This document shows positions 1 to 13,384 of a stretch of 64,000 nt of DNA, one piece after another. Both the position numbers and the translations under genes were made by a program. The notes beneath the pieces were generated by a model. It had not been told where the DNA came from. It was given only the letters and a program-made list of their open reading frames with translations, and ran no database searches. How positions within the stretch are numbered: position 1 is the first letter of the stretch; every line of letters begins with the position of its first letter. The stretch comes from Flaccisagitta enflata (Eukaryota): contig OZ231126.1 of the NCBI GenBank assembly GCA_965153355.1, positions 21,204,001 to 21,268,000 on the forward strand, read 5' to 3'.

Positions 1-9
1 CATTCATAA

Positions 10-257
10 AACAAGCCCGACCGGGCAACGATGCGTCCGGGCTGTGTTTCTGCGTGTATTGATCATGTGACACATGGACGAGCAGACGGGTGAAGTAGTA
101 AAGGAGGCTCTCAAAACATATTGGTTGATCATTTGTTTTATTATAGAATCTCACTGTGGCCGAAAACAGCTGAGAAACGCGAGTTTTCGCACAGGCGTTA
201 CGGTCCGACGGACGGACCGACAAACCCTCTTATAGAGATGCGAGGACGCATCTAGAA
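10..257 (-). mobile_element. HINE/DINE-1-like non-autonomous element, family 2 (tagatgcg..cgcatct 5' end; ggtcgggcttgtt 3' end); partial second copy ~290-420
   Basis: Same ends as 26437-26740; 5' palindrome, (GTCC)n tract, T-rich boundaries. Confidence 0.6.
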
Positions 258-582
258 AGGGGCACAAATCGTCTTAAAGAGCATTCGGTTGGATAGGCGA
301 CATCGCCACGGCAGAGAAGTGCCAAAAACGGCGTTTTATAAGGAGGCGTAACGGACATACGGACGGACGGACGGACGGACGGACGGACAGACCCACTTAT
401 AGAGATGCGAGAACGCATTCATATGTTCATAATCAGCGAGGCGCACACTTATGCCGTTATATTTCCTTGTTTTCTTACTTTTATACCGTTCTTTTCACAT
501 TTCTACTTCTACACACACAAACACACACAATCCCGAATGACCAATAAAATGAGAGGATGGATAGCAGCGTCATTCGCCTTCA

Positions 583-685
<103 letters not shown>

Positions 686-940
686 CAAACTCTCATTGCA
701 CGCAAACTCACACACAAACACAAAAACACACGCGCGCCCCCGTGATATATCGCGCGATATCGCGTTTATTCACTCCAAGCGTGGCAAGTCATAATTCAAA
801 AGAGAATCAGGAGATGTCGAGGCTTAAAAAAAGGAGAAGCGGGAAAAAATAAGCGCGAGCTGGGAAAGCTTAAAAGGGGAAAAACCGGAAGGGAAGCAAA
901 GTGACACCTGCTGTGACTGAAAAGGGAAAAACCCGCGTGT

Positions 941-1033
<93 letters not shown>

Positions 1034-1726
1034 GAGAGAGACAGAGAGAGAGAGAGAGAGTGATACAGGGACAGACAATTAAATAGAAATGATGAATGAA
1101 TGCATTTTTAGATTGGCGGCTTTAGAAAGTATTGAATTAAGATTTCAAGAGATAAATGGTGTTGGACAAAGTTAAACATGGTAGCATTTCTGCATTGAAA
1201 AGATGGGAAATTGTCTTTGGCGTGGGGCCCGTATTATCAGGACTGATGGACAAGCGAAATACAGCCGCGCGCTGATGCTCAATGATACCCCAGTCGTCCC
1301 TCGGCAGTAATAAGTTGGGCCTGAGTAATTCCACGATGACATTCCAATTGCACCTGGGTTTTTTCAAATATATTTGATCTACCATATCAACTCAACGGTA
1401 TATCTATTTTGCTTCCTAAACTGAAATATGAGCGCTAAATCTCATATTCCTCCGTTCAAATTTTGAGAGGGGCATAAAACATCCATGCAGATACAGCGTT
1501 CAAACGGTGTTGACTCCCCACGAATATCCAATAAATAAAAGAATAGGGCGTTCAATGTACTACAATATACAAATCAGTGTTTTGTTTTCGGTAGTCGTAC
1601 GCTTGCGTCTGCTATACAGCATTCCCATTTCCTTTTGCATGAAATTACAACCTTGGCATTTCTAGTTGCATAATTTTCATCCCACTCATTAACAGAAACA
1701 CTCAAGACCATATCAGAAGTAATTAC

Positions 1727-1822
1727 CTGACGTTCTGTGAGACTCAAGTTTCTGGCCAATTCTAATCTCCGTTGGCGTGTAATGTAGGTTGACATCAAAT
1801 ATTCTTGCTCCAATATGAACGT
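1727..1822 (-). CDS. Posterior-class Hox gene, 96-nt exon encoding homeodomain residues 13-44: [32 protein letters not shown]
   Basis: Acceptor ttttttattccttgccag and donor CAG|gtaatt; exactly 32 codons. Helix 1-2 pattern L16/E17, Y25, R31, L34, L38, LTERQ. The donor is at the common homeobox intron position 44/45. No WFQN exon was seen in 1-1726, so it is outside the window. Confidence 0.95.
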
Positions 1823-2107
1823 CTGGCAAGGAATAAAAAAGAACGGATGGTTAGCAAATGTAATCTAAAATGTTGATTCTTTAGTCACATTTTCAACATT
1901 AAAAATTCACTTATCCGTAGGTCAGTAATCAAATTTTTAGGAATTTATGCAGAGTCTGCCTTGCATACTTTAACTTGAGAAGACCAGACACCACCGATAA
2001 GTATAAACTAACCCAATAGCCCCCGCCCCTCCTGTTCATCCCTTTACTTGACACCCCCCCCCCTCCGCCACCGAATTACTTCTCTGATAATTAGCTGTAG
2101 GACTCAC

Positions 2108-2184
2108 TTGATGCTTGGTGTAGGGTTTCCGTTTTTTCCTGCCTATCGTGACGCCGTAAGGAGCCGCGTGGTGTTGATGAAAGC
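2108..2184 (-). CDS. Posterior-class Hox gene, exon encoding linker + homeodomain residues 1-12: (x)[25 protein letters not shown]
   Basis: Manual translation. Acceptor cttttctcgttttcag (phase 1) and donor CAA|gtgagt (phase 0). RKKRKPY is the N-terminal arm typical of Abd-B/Post/PG9-14 homeodomains. Splices in frame to 1822-1727. Confidence 0.93.
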
Positions 2185-2766
2185 CTGAAAACGAGAAAAG
2201 CAGTCGGTCTGGACATAGGAAAAGAGAAGGAAAGAAGATGAGAGAGAGGAGAGTAGATGAGAAAGATGTTGAGGATGGAGATGAGGTGAAAGATGTTGAA
2301 AAGAAATTGAAAGAGGAGAGATGAGGAAAGAAAGACCCCGAAATTTCAGGATGAAGAAATGAAACAGAGAAGATGAGGGAGGAAAGTAAAGGAGAAAGGG
2401 GGAGGTTTGGAAAATGGAGGGAAAAGGGGAGAAAATTGATGATTACTACAAACTAATGAGGAGGAGAAAATTGCAGAAAAAAGATCCTGAAATTTTGTTT
2501 GTTTGTCGAATTGTCATTAAACGGATGTTGTTATCATTCTTTACTTAGCCACCACAAATATACATTTCCTCAATTCCCATGCTGTATGTTATTACTGTAT
2601 GTTTATCGGATTACCCCCCCCCCCCCCCCTTTGCCTTTCGCCCTTCCCCCTTCGTTCTCTCTTTCTCTTTCCATCTCTCTGCAGAAAATGTGGGATGAGT
2701 CTCAACAGCGGATTAAAGTCTCTTTCAGGTCAAAGGTTAGCATGGATCGCATCAGGAACAGTTTAC

Positions 2767-2949
<183 letters not shown>

Positions 2950-3821
2950 CAGATTTATTTTGGCTCCGGTCGATGCAACTGTGTGGGAAGATCATGAAGG
3001 CCAAAAAATGTATTATTAGCAATAGAGGAAAATAAGTTGAGTGTCACTGCAAAAGTCTCAGACTTTCTCTTCATCTCAACCACCACCACCTCCATCAACA
3101 TGTAGAGGATTAGGGTGTCTGGGTGGTGATTGATGGTTTTGGTCGGTCAGTGCTGCTGGGTGGTTTTTTCAGCCCAGAGTGATAGGGGGGAAAGGTGTCT
3201 GGGTGGTGATTGGTGGTTTTGGCCGGTTAGTGCTGCTGGGTGGTGATTTCAGCCTAGTGTACACCGCCCCCATCAAAACCACCACCACTACCATTACCAC
3301 CACCATCATCATCTTCACCACCACCATCATCATCACCACTATCATCGCAAACATCATCACCACCGTCCATCGGAACATTGTGAGCAAACTGCGTCTAAGG
3401 CCGTTTTTTTCTAAGTGATTACTCGATGCCCTAGTGTGATAATTAGTGAGTCTAAATGAGCTCCATCGCAATTAGAAGTTGGAAATCTCCGGGAATACAT
3501 ACAAGACGGACGCGAGTTAAGTAAATGACGAACTTGACGCTAACGATGACGACGACGACGGTGACGACGATGATGATGACGATGACGACGATGACGACGA
3601 CGATGTTGACGTACAAAAGATAATCAGGACATGGTTTTTGTGCTCGCCGTCTGCTGCCCAAGGCCCAAGTCATTATGCATGTTACGATAACGAGGACCGG
3701 ACTATGGGCATATTCAAGAAGCCCTTGTGTTCTTTACAAAGTCGAGGGAATTCTTTTTCCCTTCCACTCTCCACTGCTACTCCCTTCCCCACTCCCCCCC
3801 TTGCTTCTGTCTACGATTTCA

Positions 3822-4355
<534 letters not shown>

Positions 4356-5408
4356 AAATACTGTGAGGGCAGAGTGAGGCAGAGCTAGAAAAAAAATCTT
4401 TTGAATATTCAGAGCGAAGACGCGCGCAAAAAGTGAAAGAAAAAAGGAAAATGAAAAAAAAAAGAAAAAAAGAAAAGATATAGAAGACAAGAAAAATGAG
4501 AGGATGAACGAGACGCAGGAAAAATTGAAAGGAAAGAAAAAGGAAAAAGGAAAAGAAATGAAAAAGCTCATTAGTTGGAGTAAGAGAGGTTGTTTTTCTC
4601 TTTTCTCTCGACAGTCAGGAGAAAAAAAACTAAGGAATGGCTGAAAGATTCTTTGTATAAATCTCAGAATACAACCGTTTTTTTTTCATTTCCCTTATCT
4701 GCACCAGTCAATGCATCGTACAGACGTGATCCTGTTTGTTTACATGTTTCGTCATTTCGTCCCGAATAATCTGCGAAATAACCTCTTGCACATTCGCAAG
4801 GAGAGAATTGATCAAATCTTCCAGTGGGGTAGAAAGCTAAGGTACTGGTCAATCATTGCAATGATTCACCATTGCGTTAATTCTTGGTCATGGATTTCCC
4901 GAGGCCGCTGCTCAAAACAGAAAGAAAGAAAAGAAAAAAAAAAAAGAAAAAAGGAAAAAAAAAAAAGAAGAAGAAAAGGAAGAAATGAGTCTTTTGTTTT
5001 TGCTGCAGACGTTCCAGGGAGTGAAAGACGCAATTAGATGGCGGTGGGGGACCAATGCTAGGAAATATCGCGCCATAGGAGAAGGCCGTTAGCAAGAAGG
5101 CCGAGTTGAAATAACCCACAAAACACAAATTATCAAACACAAACAGACAACAAACAGATAAATACAGGCAACCATTAGACAATAAGCAAACAACAAACCG
5201 ACAGCAATCTGTCAGAAAAGGCGTTGGTGTGGTGGAAATGAATAAATGAATAATAGATAATTAATAATAGATAATAATAGATAATAAGTAGTAAATAATT
5301 GTACTGTTGAACCATGCAATCATGGATGTCAAGGAAAATTTTTTTTTTCAACCAGAGGCGGAGTTCTCTTTTTGCCAATATAAGAAATAATAAGAAGTGA
5401 AATATCTA

Positions 5409-5970
5409 CAGTAGATCTAGTCTAGACTTGAGATAATGGGGGCAAGCATTGTAGGAAAACGAATGAAGCTAGGGGATTGATATTTGGAACATTGACTAAT
5501 AAAATGATGTTTTATTGCCCATGATAGTTAGCTGCCATGGAAACGCATTTTCATGTATTAACGCTACAATATCAGAATTTTGAGAATTTTTTTGAAGGAA
5601 CACTGCTAGAATTAAATTTGCTACAACTTTCCCACTGTATGTTCTGTAAGAATGTCACTTGTTAAGCTGTTGCTAAGGGTTGTCACACATGGATACGCTC
5701 CCTAGCGACAGCCAAACAAGCAATATTCTTACAGAATATATTGTGGGAAAGTTGTAGAAAATTTGATTTCAAGCATTGTTCCATAAAAAAATCTCTCAAA
5801 ATAATGATATTTTAGCAAGAATACATGGAAAAGTGTTTCCATGGCAACCGAGTATCATAGGGAATAAATCATTTTTTTATTAGTTTACATTCCAAATATC
5901 AACCCTCTAGCTTTATGTATTCTTCCACAATGCTTGCCCCCGTCATCTCAAGTCTAGATGAGATCTACTG
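5409..5970. mobile_element. Fully palindromic 562-bp MITE, Tc1/mariner-pogo type
   Basis: TA|CAGTAGATCT...AGATCTACTG|TA. The imperfect inverted repeat continues to the centre (e.g. ccatggaaac/gtttccatgg, ctacaactttccca/tgggaaagttgtag). Confidence 0.85.
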
Positions 5971-6273
5971 TACACTTCGTGGACAAAATTCCATTATTTG
6001 GGGAGTAACTCAAACTGCAAAGAACTGGCACGAGAGTTGAGGAGACAGGAAAACACAATCAGAATGGAGACTGTGATCCTGCTATTAGAGGGCAAAGAAT
6101 CGGTGTCTGCCTCATGAGGGACAGGGACCTACTGCCTCTTTAACTTTGGTCAGCAGACAGCCACCTTTTAGTTTGAGTTGTCACTCCGTCTATCCATCTG
6201 CCTGTCTTTCTGTCTGCCTGTCTATCTGTCTGTCGGACTGTTTGTCGAATTGTCTATGTCTGACTGATTGACA

Positions 6274-6338
<65 letters not shown>

Positions 6339-6546
6339 TTTTCCGGATTTCTAATTAAGATCATGTGAGTGATGAATGAATGTCTATTGAAATGTTGCTG
6401 CTTTGGTCGTTGCGCCGCTGCCTTCATATATTCACAGCCAAAGGCTCACCTCCTCATTCCATGACCCCTTCATTCAGTAGCGTGGCAATTCCATCGCACT
6501 CTTAATTGATTAATTTTTCCCTGCATTCTCTTTGAAGATTACCAGC

Positions 6547-6862
6547 TTCATTCATGTATGCATTCATTCATTCATTCATTCATTCATTCCTTCATTCATT
6601 CATTCATTCATTCATTCATACATTCATTCATTCATTCATTCATTCATTCATTCATTCATTCATTCATTCATTCATTCATTCATTCATTCATTCGTTCATT
6701 CATTCATTCAGTCAATCATTCATTCATTTATCCATTTGTTAATTTTTCATTCATTCATTCATTCATTCATTCAATCATTCATTCATTCATTCATTCATTC
6801 ATTCATTCATTCATTCATTCATTCATTTATTCATTCATTTATTCATTCATCCATTCATTCAT
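6547..6862. repeat. (TTCA)n tetranucleotide microsatellite
   Basis: Directly visible. Confidence 0.97.
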
Positions 6863-7008
6863 ACACACAGCCAGTAGTGGCGTCGACGTTGGTTGTAGAA
6901 ATGAATGTTTAGTTTGAATCGACCGTAGCCGTAGCCGTGGCTGTGGTGTCCGTGGCATGGCATGGCAGTGGTTGTTGCGGTTGTGACTGTGGTGGCAGCG
7001 GATGCGAC

Positions 7009-7040
<32 letters not shown>

Positions 7041-7166
7041 TGGCGGTGGTGGCGGTGGTGGCGGTGGTGGCGGTGGTGGCGGTGACGGCATTCATCAAGC
7101 AGAGCGTCGCCTAGATTCTCTTTCAAATCCATTCACGTAGAACATTTCCGTGTAACGGCACGGGAA

Positions 7167-7277
<111 letters not shown>

Positions 7278-7615
7278 CAAGATTTGGTAGGCCATTATGT
7301 TTGAAATATTGTAAATGAATTTCCTGAATATAGTATGGTTTACCGTCGTAAGATTTTACTTAATGAAACTGTTTCAGATATTTTCGTGAGCTACATGTAA
7401 GTGGAATTTTCTGTTTCCTTTTGGGTGGTGAAAAAATGCGCTCTTTTCACAAGAGGAAAATGTTTCAATAAGGAAAGTCAGACGGCCAACGTATATAGAA
7501 AAAAAAATTCCAAGGATTGAAAGAAAAAAAGGACAATCAGGGAAAATGAATTTCTTTGTGTGTAAAAAGACCCATCCGTGCGGAAAGTTGGCGAGAATTA
7601 TTGAAAGAAAGAGAG

Positions 7616-7718
<103 letters not shown>

Positions 7719-7885
7719 CCAGAGGGAGAAGACAGTGGGAAAAAGATACAGACCTTGGTGGTCGGTAGGTATGCCTGTTGGTCTGACATGGGTGAGAATA
7801 GAGCACCATCACTGGGAGGCCAGGGTTGGCCAGGGTTGGACGATTTCACATCTCCGGCTCACTCTTGTGTAAAGACAACCAGTTA

Positions 7886-8059
7886 CAGTGGAGCAACGCT
7901 AGAAGGCATCCGCTGTTAAGGCAAGCCCGCCTATGAGGCATGCAACTTACAGTCCCTTGAGAAACTTTGAAGTTATTTCGATATCAGCAATAAGGCAGCT
8001 TCACTATAAGGTATAATTTGGCCCAGTCCCTTGGCATGCGCTCCAGTGAAGCTTAACTG
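7886..8059. mobile_element. Short TA-flanked pogo/Tigger-like MITE
   Basis: TA|CAGTGGAGC...GCTTAACTG|TA; related copy at 37161-37337. Confidence 0.7.
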
Positions 8060-8769
8060 TATATTCGTAGAAAATAAGAAGAAAAAACATTTTTTTCCAT
8101 TCTAGCTCAACCAAAGGCCAAAGGAAACAAAAGCGCAACGCGTCTGAAAATGCAGATGAATTAGTTTTAAGGAGTGAAAACCGAAGTCAAACTAGAAGAA
8201 TAAATTTGAATTTCAAGTTTCTCATTGGTTTTGAATTTCAAGGCGACGGGAAGTTTTCTGTGTGAGTGAGAGTGAGAGAGAGGATATTCTGACTCACACA
8301 GTGAATGAGGAGAGAGTGATGTTGATAGGTTGCTACAAAAGGGGTTAGGGAAACATGCACAAGGCGTGTTTAGTGAGAAGAAAATGTCAAAAGGGAAATG
8401 ACAGAGCGGGAAAATGGCGTCAAACAAATGGACATGATTTTACATAATCATGCATGACCATTTCAATAACTCTTGAGATGAAAAAAAAAATGAAACATTG
8501 TTTCTAGATGATTCACTCCATTTTGAAGACTGGGACGATGTCCGCCGAACTTTTTCAAACTCAAAATGACATCCTCTCATTCATATTGAGACAGCCTTCC
8601 TCATTGTGGCTCGTCAGACAGTCAATCAACAGCGAGACTAATTGACATTGAGTGTCTCAAGTAAGTGCGCGGATACTATAGAGGTGGTGGAAGGGATGGA
8701 GGAGGTAGCTGCAGAATATCTGCTGAGAAGCGGCTGGAGAGGAAGATGGAGTGCCGGTTGAGAAGCGGC

Positions 8770-9830
8770 AAAGAGGCGGTTGAGTGAAGAGGCGGCATCA
8801 GTGGCGGCGGAAGTGCAGATGTAGTGGCGGCGGGAGTGGCCGCCGTATTGGCGGCAGAAATGGCTGCAGATGTGGCAGAAGAAACGGCAGAGAGGGCAGC
8901 GGCAGCATTGACAGCAGGAGAGGCGGCTGTACTGGCGGCTGTGCTGGGGGCAGATCGGGCGGCAAAAATGGCAGTAGGAGTAGCGGCAGAAATGGCAGTG
9001 GAAGTGGCCGCCGCACTGGCGGCAGAACTGGCAATGGAAGTGGCCGCCGCTCTGGCGGCAGACATGGCAGTAGGTGAGGCAGAAGAAATGGTAGAGAGGG
9101 CAGCGGCAGCATCGGCAGCAGGAGAGGCGGCTGTACTGGTGGCTGTACCGGCGGCTGTACTGGTGGGAGAACTGGCGGCAGAAATGGCAGCATGATGGTA
9201 GCAGCATCGGCCCAAGCAATGGCAGTGGGAATGGCGGCCGCATTGGCGGCAGAAATGGCAGTGGAAGTGACAGCAGCACAAGCAGTAGAAATGGAAGTGG
9301 GAGTGGCGGCAAAAATAGCAGTGGAAGTGGCAGCTGTACTGGTGACAGAAATAGCAATGGGATGGTAGCAGCATTGGCCCCAGCAATGGCAGTGGGAGCG
9401 GCGGCAGAAATGGCAGTGGGAGTGGCTGCAGAAATGGCAGTGGGAGTGGCTGCAGAAATGGCAGTGGCGGCAGATATGGCAGATGGAGTAGCGGCAGCAT
9501 TGGCGGTAGAAATGGCAGTGGGAGTGGCAGCTGCACTGGTGACAGAAATAGCGATGGGATGGTAGCAGCATTGGCCCAAGCAATGGCAGTGGGACCGGCG
9601 GCAGAAATGGCAGTGGAAGTGGCGACAGAAATAGCAGTGGGAATGGCGGTAGAAATGGCAGTGGGAATGGCGGCCGCATTGACGGCAGAAATGGCAGTGG
9701 AAGTGGCGACAGAAATGGTAGTGGGAGTGACGGCGGATATGGCAGATGGAGTAGCGGCAGCATTGGCGGTAGAAATGGCAGTGGGAGTGGCGGAAACGGC
9801 ATCGGCGGAAACGCCGCTGAATTTGGCGCC
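8770..9830. repeat. Degenerate GC-rich minisatellite (~24-bp core ggcagaaatggcagtgggagtggc) with higher-order units
   Basis: Repeated core. Higher-order units begin atggtagcagcat at 9195, 9362 and 9559 (spacings 167 and 197). Gives Ala/Thr-rich ORFs that shift frame at unit boundaries. Confidence 0.85.
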
Positions 9831-9906
9831 AGTGAGAACATTGAAAAAGTCTGAGTTGAAAAGAAGGAAAATCGCGAAAGCAATTTGGAAGGTAAACTAT
9901 AAATAG

Positions 9907-9939
<33 letters not shown>

Positions 9940-10898
9940 CGCACAAGAAAAAATTCATCAGTGAAAGAAAAAGAAGAGAGCGTTGGTATCATTTGGAGAT
10001 CTCATCGTTGAGAGTTTGGCTAATTTTGTTGATGGTGAGTTGTTTGATTGTTGATCAATTCTCATCACTCTCAATTGAAGTTCTTGTTTTGGGTAACAAA
10101 GCAGAACTTCATTTGTAACCAATACAATTACTAGGCAACAGACATGAACCAAATGCTCATTAAACCTAATTTAAAAGATGAAATTGTAAAGCAGAACTCC
10201 AGCCGCAAAAATGGATAATTTGTTTGACTGCTGCAAAATACTGAACTGAATACGAGATTGTGTAACTTGTATTTCATTATCCTTGCTCAATTCAAAGCGG
10301 AAAAAAAGATTTCATCCATCTTCTCTCTCTCTAATTTCTTTCCTTAAGACTGACGTTTCTTTCTTCCATACCCTCCACCGCTCCTTCCCCCCCTCCACCG
10401 CTTTTGCCCCCCCCCCTCCACCGCTCCTACCCCCCCATTCACCACTCCTACCCCCCCCCCCTTACTCCCCCTCTACCACCTAGCCTCCATTCTCAATTCC
10501 TTTTCCTTTCCTTTTGTTCGATTTCTAATTTCTTTCCTTCACCTTTATCTTTTTTTTCCTTCACCCATTCCATCCAAACAGAAGATGGAAGGCGAAAAAG
10601 ATCGCGCGCTTGAAGCCTCCTCATTCATCTCCGTTTTGCTCAACCATCACTACTAGCACAATCACCATCACTACCACCACTACCACCACCATCACCACCG
10701 CCGACATCGCCACCGCCGCCACCGCCGCCGTAGCCCAGGAAGACAATAAAAGGAGTGAAAGAACCAGGAAAACAACTCCATATCAATCCCGGTAGAAGAA
10801 AAGAGCGTCGGTGTCACAATCTAGCCGGTGTTGAGCTTGAGGTGGCCCTGCGTTGGGCCTGTGATGAACTGACATCAGGCCAACGCGGCACATCTGGC

Positions 10899-11390
10899 TT
10901 TTTGGGCAGCGGCCCCGAAGGGGAGGAAGTCCTTTAGAACACAGGGGGACTTTTGTTTGTCCGTACATCCATCCGTTAGTCCCCCCAGGCCCTCTCAGGC
11001 CTGAAATCTGCCCTCTTAGGCCTGAAATCTGCCCTATCAGACCTGGAATCTGCCCTCTCAAACCTTGAATCTGCCCTCTCAGGCCTGAAATCTACCCTCT
11101 CAGGCCTGAAATCTGCCCTCTCAGGCCTGAAACCTGTCCTCTGAGGCCTTAAATATGCAGATTTCAGGCCTGAGAGGACAGGTTTCAGGCCTGAGAGGGC
11201 AGATTTCAGGCCTAAGAGGACCTGGGGGGGACTGATGGACGGACGGATGGACGAACAAAAGTCCCCCTGTGTTCTACAGGACTTTGTCTCCTTCGGGGCC
11301 GCTGCCCTGCTTCCTCTCACTCTGATTCACAAACATGCAAAGCAGGGCAACGGGTATCGCTGACCACATATTGCCCTTGGGCGACCTGTT
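10899..11390 (+). mobile_element. Foldback HINE-like element with internal 21-bp tandem repeats (aggcctgaaatctgccctctc)
   Basis: ttttGGGCAGCGGCCCCGAAG... is inverted at ...CTTCGGGGCCGCTGCCC, followed by an asymmetric ~80-bp tail with a stem (agggcaa..ttgccct) ending cctgtt. Several copies in the window. Confidence 0.75.
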
Positions 11391-11978
11391 CCTTACATCG
11401 ATCATGTTCGCTTCAGCCTTCAACGAGATCTAGAAAACATAAACGAAGTAATGTTACTTAACTTCATTATGATCAAGATGCAAAACAAAAGGACGGAGCA
11501 ACAAAAAAAAAAACATCGATGACAGTCTTCATTTCCTGCCAGTTATGTTTTTTGATGTAAAGAAACAACGATAATACCTGAGAATGAAGTTTATTTTCTG
11601 CAAAGAAAAGGCATCTAAAATGCTAATAATCACAATTTGGCGAGTGTATTAGGATACCGACCGACCAACAGCAAGACTTATCTACAGACAGACAAAATAT
11701 AAGAAAAAACAACCAGACATTCAGTCATTTAGAAAGACAACTACAGACGGACAAAATGAAAAATAAACTGGCAAACAGCAAACTTATCTGCAGACAGACG
11801 AAATGAAAAGCAAGCAGACAAACAGTCATTTAGAAGGACAAATGAGAGGTGGAAACTGGAGAGGAGCTTTTTCCGCTTGAGAGTCGGAGGAGGAAAAAAG
11901 ATTGATGGCGCTGCCTCTCCTCTCCCATCTGTCTCCCTCTTTGTGCCGGCAAGAGAAAGTATCTTTCCTTATTACTTA

Positions 11979-12198
11979 TTTTTAGTCGCGTGCTTCGCGA
12001 CTCTACACCCCGCTTTGTCAGTTCATCGGTCCGTCGGTCCATCGGTCTAGCGGTCCGTCGGTCCGTTCGTCAGTCCGTCCGTCGCACTTTACTTTTTTTG
12101 GGTTTTTGTGGTTGTTGGCCTCACAGCTCCTGCTCATATGATCAAGTGACCCATGCCTACCCGCACGCGACTGGGGTAGCCGTGTATCCGGCCTTGTT
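11979..12198 (+). mobile_element. HINE/DINE-1-like element, family 1
   Basis: ttttAGTCGCGTG..cgcgact 5' palindrome, (GTCC/GGTC)n, 3' subterminal CACGCGACT, stem gccg-tgtat-ccggc, end ccttgtt. Confidence 0.75.
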
Positions 12199-12389
12199 TT
12201 TTGTGTCTGTCTCCCATACATCTTCGTTTTTGTACCTGTGTGCTTTGTCTTATTTTTTCTGTCTCTGTCTCTCTTTCCCGGCCTTTGTTTCTGTCTGTAC
12301 CTTCTGCAGCATGTCTGTCTCCGTCTCTTTCTTTTGCAGCCTGTCTGTCTCCCTCTTTTTCTTTTGCAGCCTGTTTGTCTCTGTCTCTG

Positions 12390-12486
<97 letters not shown>

Positions 12487-12588
12487 GCGGTGTCTCCGTC
12501 TCTATCTGTTAGGAAATGAGGCAACCGCGGTGGCACAAAAGCGGAGGAATGTGAAATATCTCGTGAAAGATAAACTTGAGTTACGGGA

Positions 12589-12830
<242 letters not shown>

Positions 12831-13036
12831 AGAGAGAGAAAGAGAGAGACACACACAGACAGACAGACAGACAGACAGAGAGACAGAGACAGAGAGAGAC
12901 AGAGACAGAGAGAGACAGAGAGGGACAGAGAGAGAGACGGACAGAGCGATAAAAATGGACCAGGAGAATTGAAAAAAGGCAGACAGACAAACACACTATG
13001 TGTAGTTGCAATTGAAAGAGGGTGATCAATCTTGCC

Positions 13037-13104
<68 letters not shown>

Positions 13105-13170
13105 CTGCAACAGAAAAACAAAAACAAAAACAACAACCGGCAACATCTTCACGAGCCAGGAAAACAATCG

Positions 13171-13329
13171 AACAAGGCCGTATACACGAGCCGAAGTCGC
13201 GTGCGGGTGGGCAGGAGCGGCGAAAAAGCTAAAAAAGCTAAGTGTGACCGACCGACCGACCGACGGACGGACAGACGGACCGACAGACGGACAGAGTGGG
13301 TCATAGAGTCGCGTGCACGCGACTAAAAA
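13171..13329 (-). mobile_element. HINE/DINE-1-like element, family 1
   Basis: aacaaggccgtatacacg ... agagtcgcgtgcacgcgactaaaaa. Confidence 0.75.
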
Positions 13330-13384
13330 CTGTTTTGGTCCCTGGAGGGAAGATAACCTTAAAAATTGGAGGCGAGGCAGAGAG

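Noticed and set aside
1574-1726. ORF continuation VITSDMVLSV... after LTERQ
   Set aside because: Read-through into the intron; a strong donor CAG|gtaatt sits exactly where homeodomain similarity stops.
3113-3256. Two-copy ~80-bp tandem repeat (also a ~40-bp one at ~25756-25817)
   Set aside because: Ordinary local duplications with no further signal.
6855-6875. HYWLC as the Trp-containing motif upstream of the homeodomain
   Set aside because: No good phase-1 donor (T|gtgtat only), and it lies at the edge of the (TTCA)n repeat.
11979-12198. Short interspersed repeats as tRNA-derived SINEs
   Set aside because: No A/B boxes, poly-A tail or TSD; the architecture and empty sites fit HINEs.
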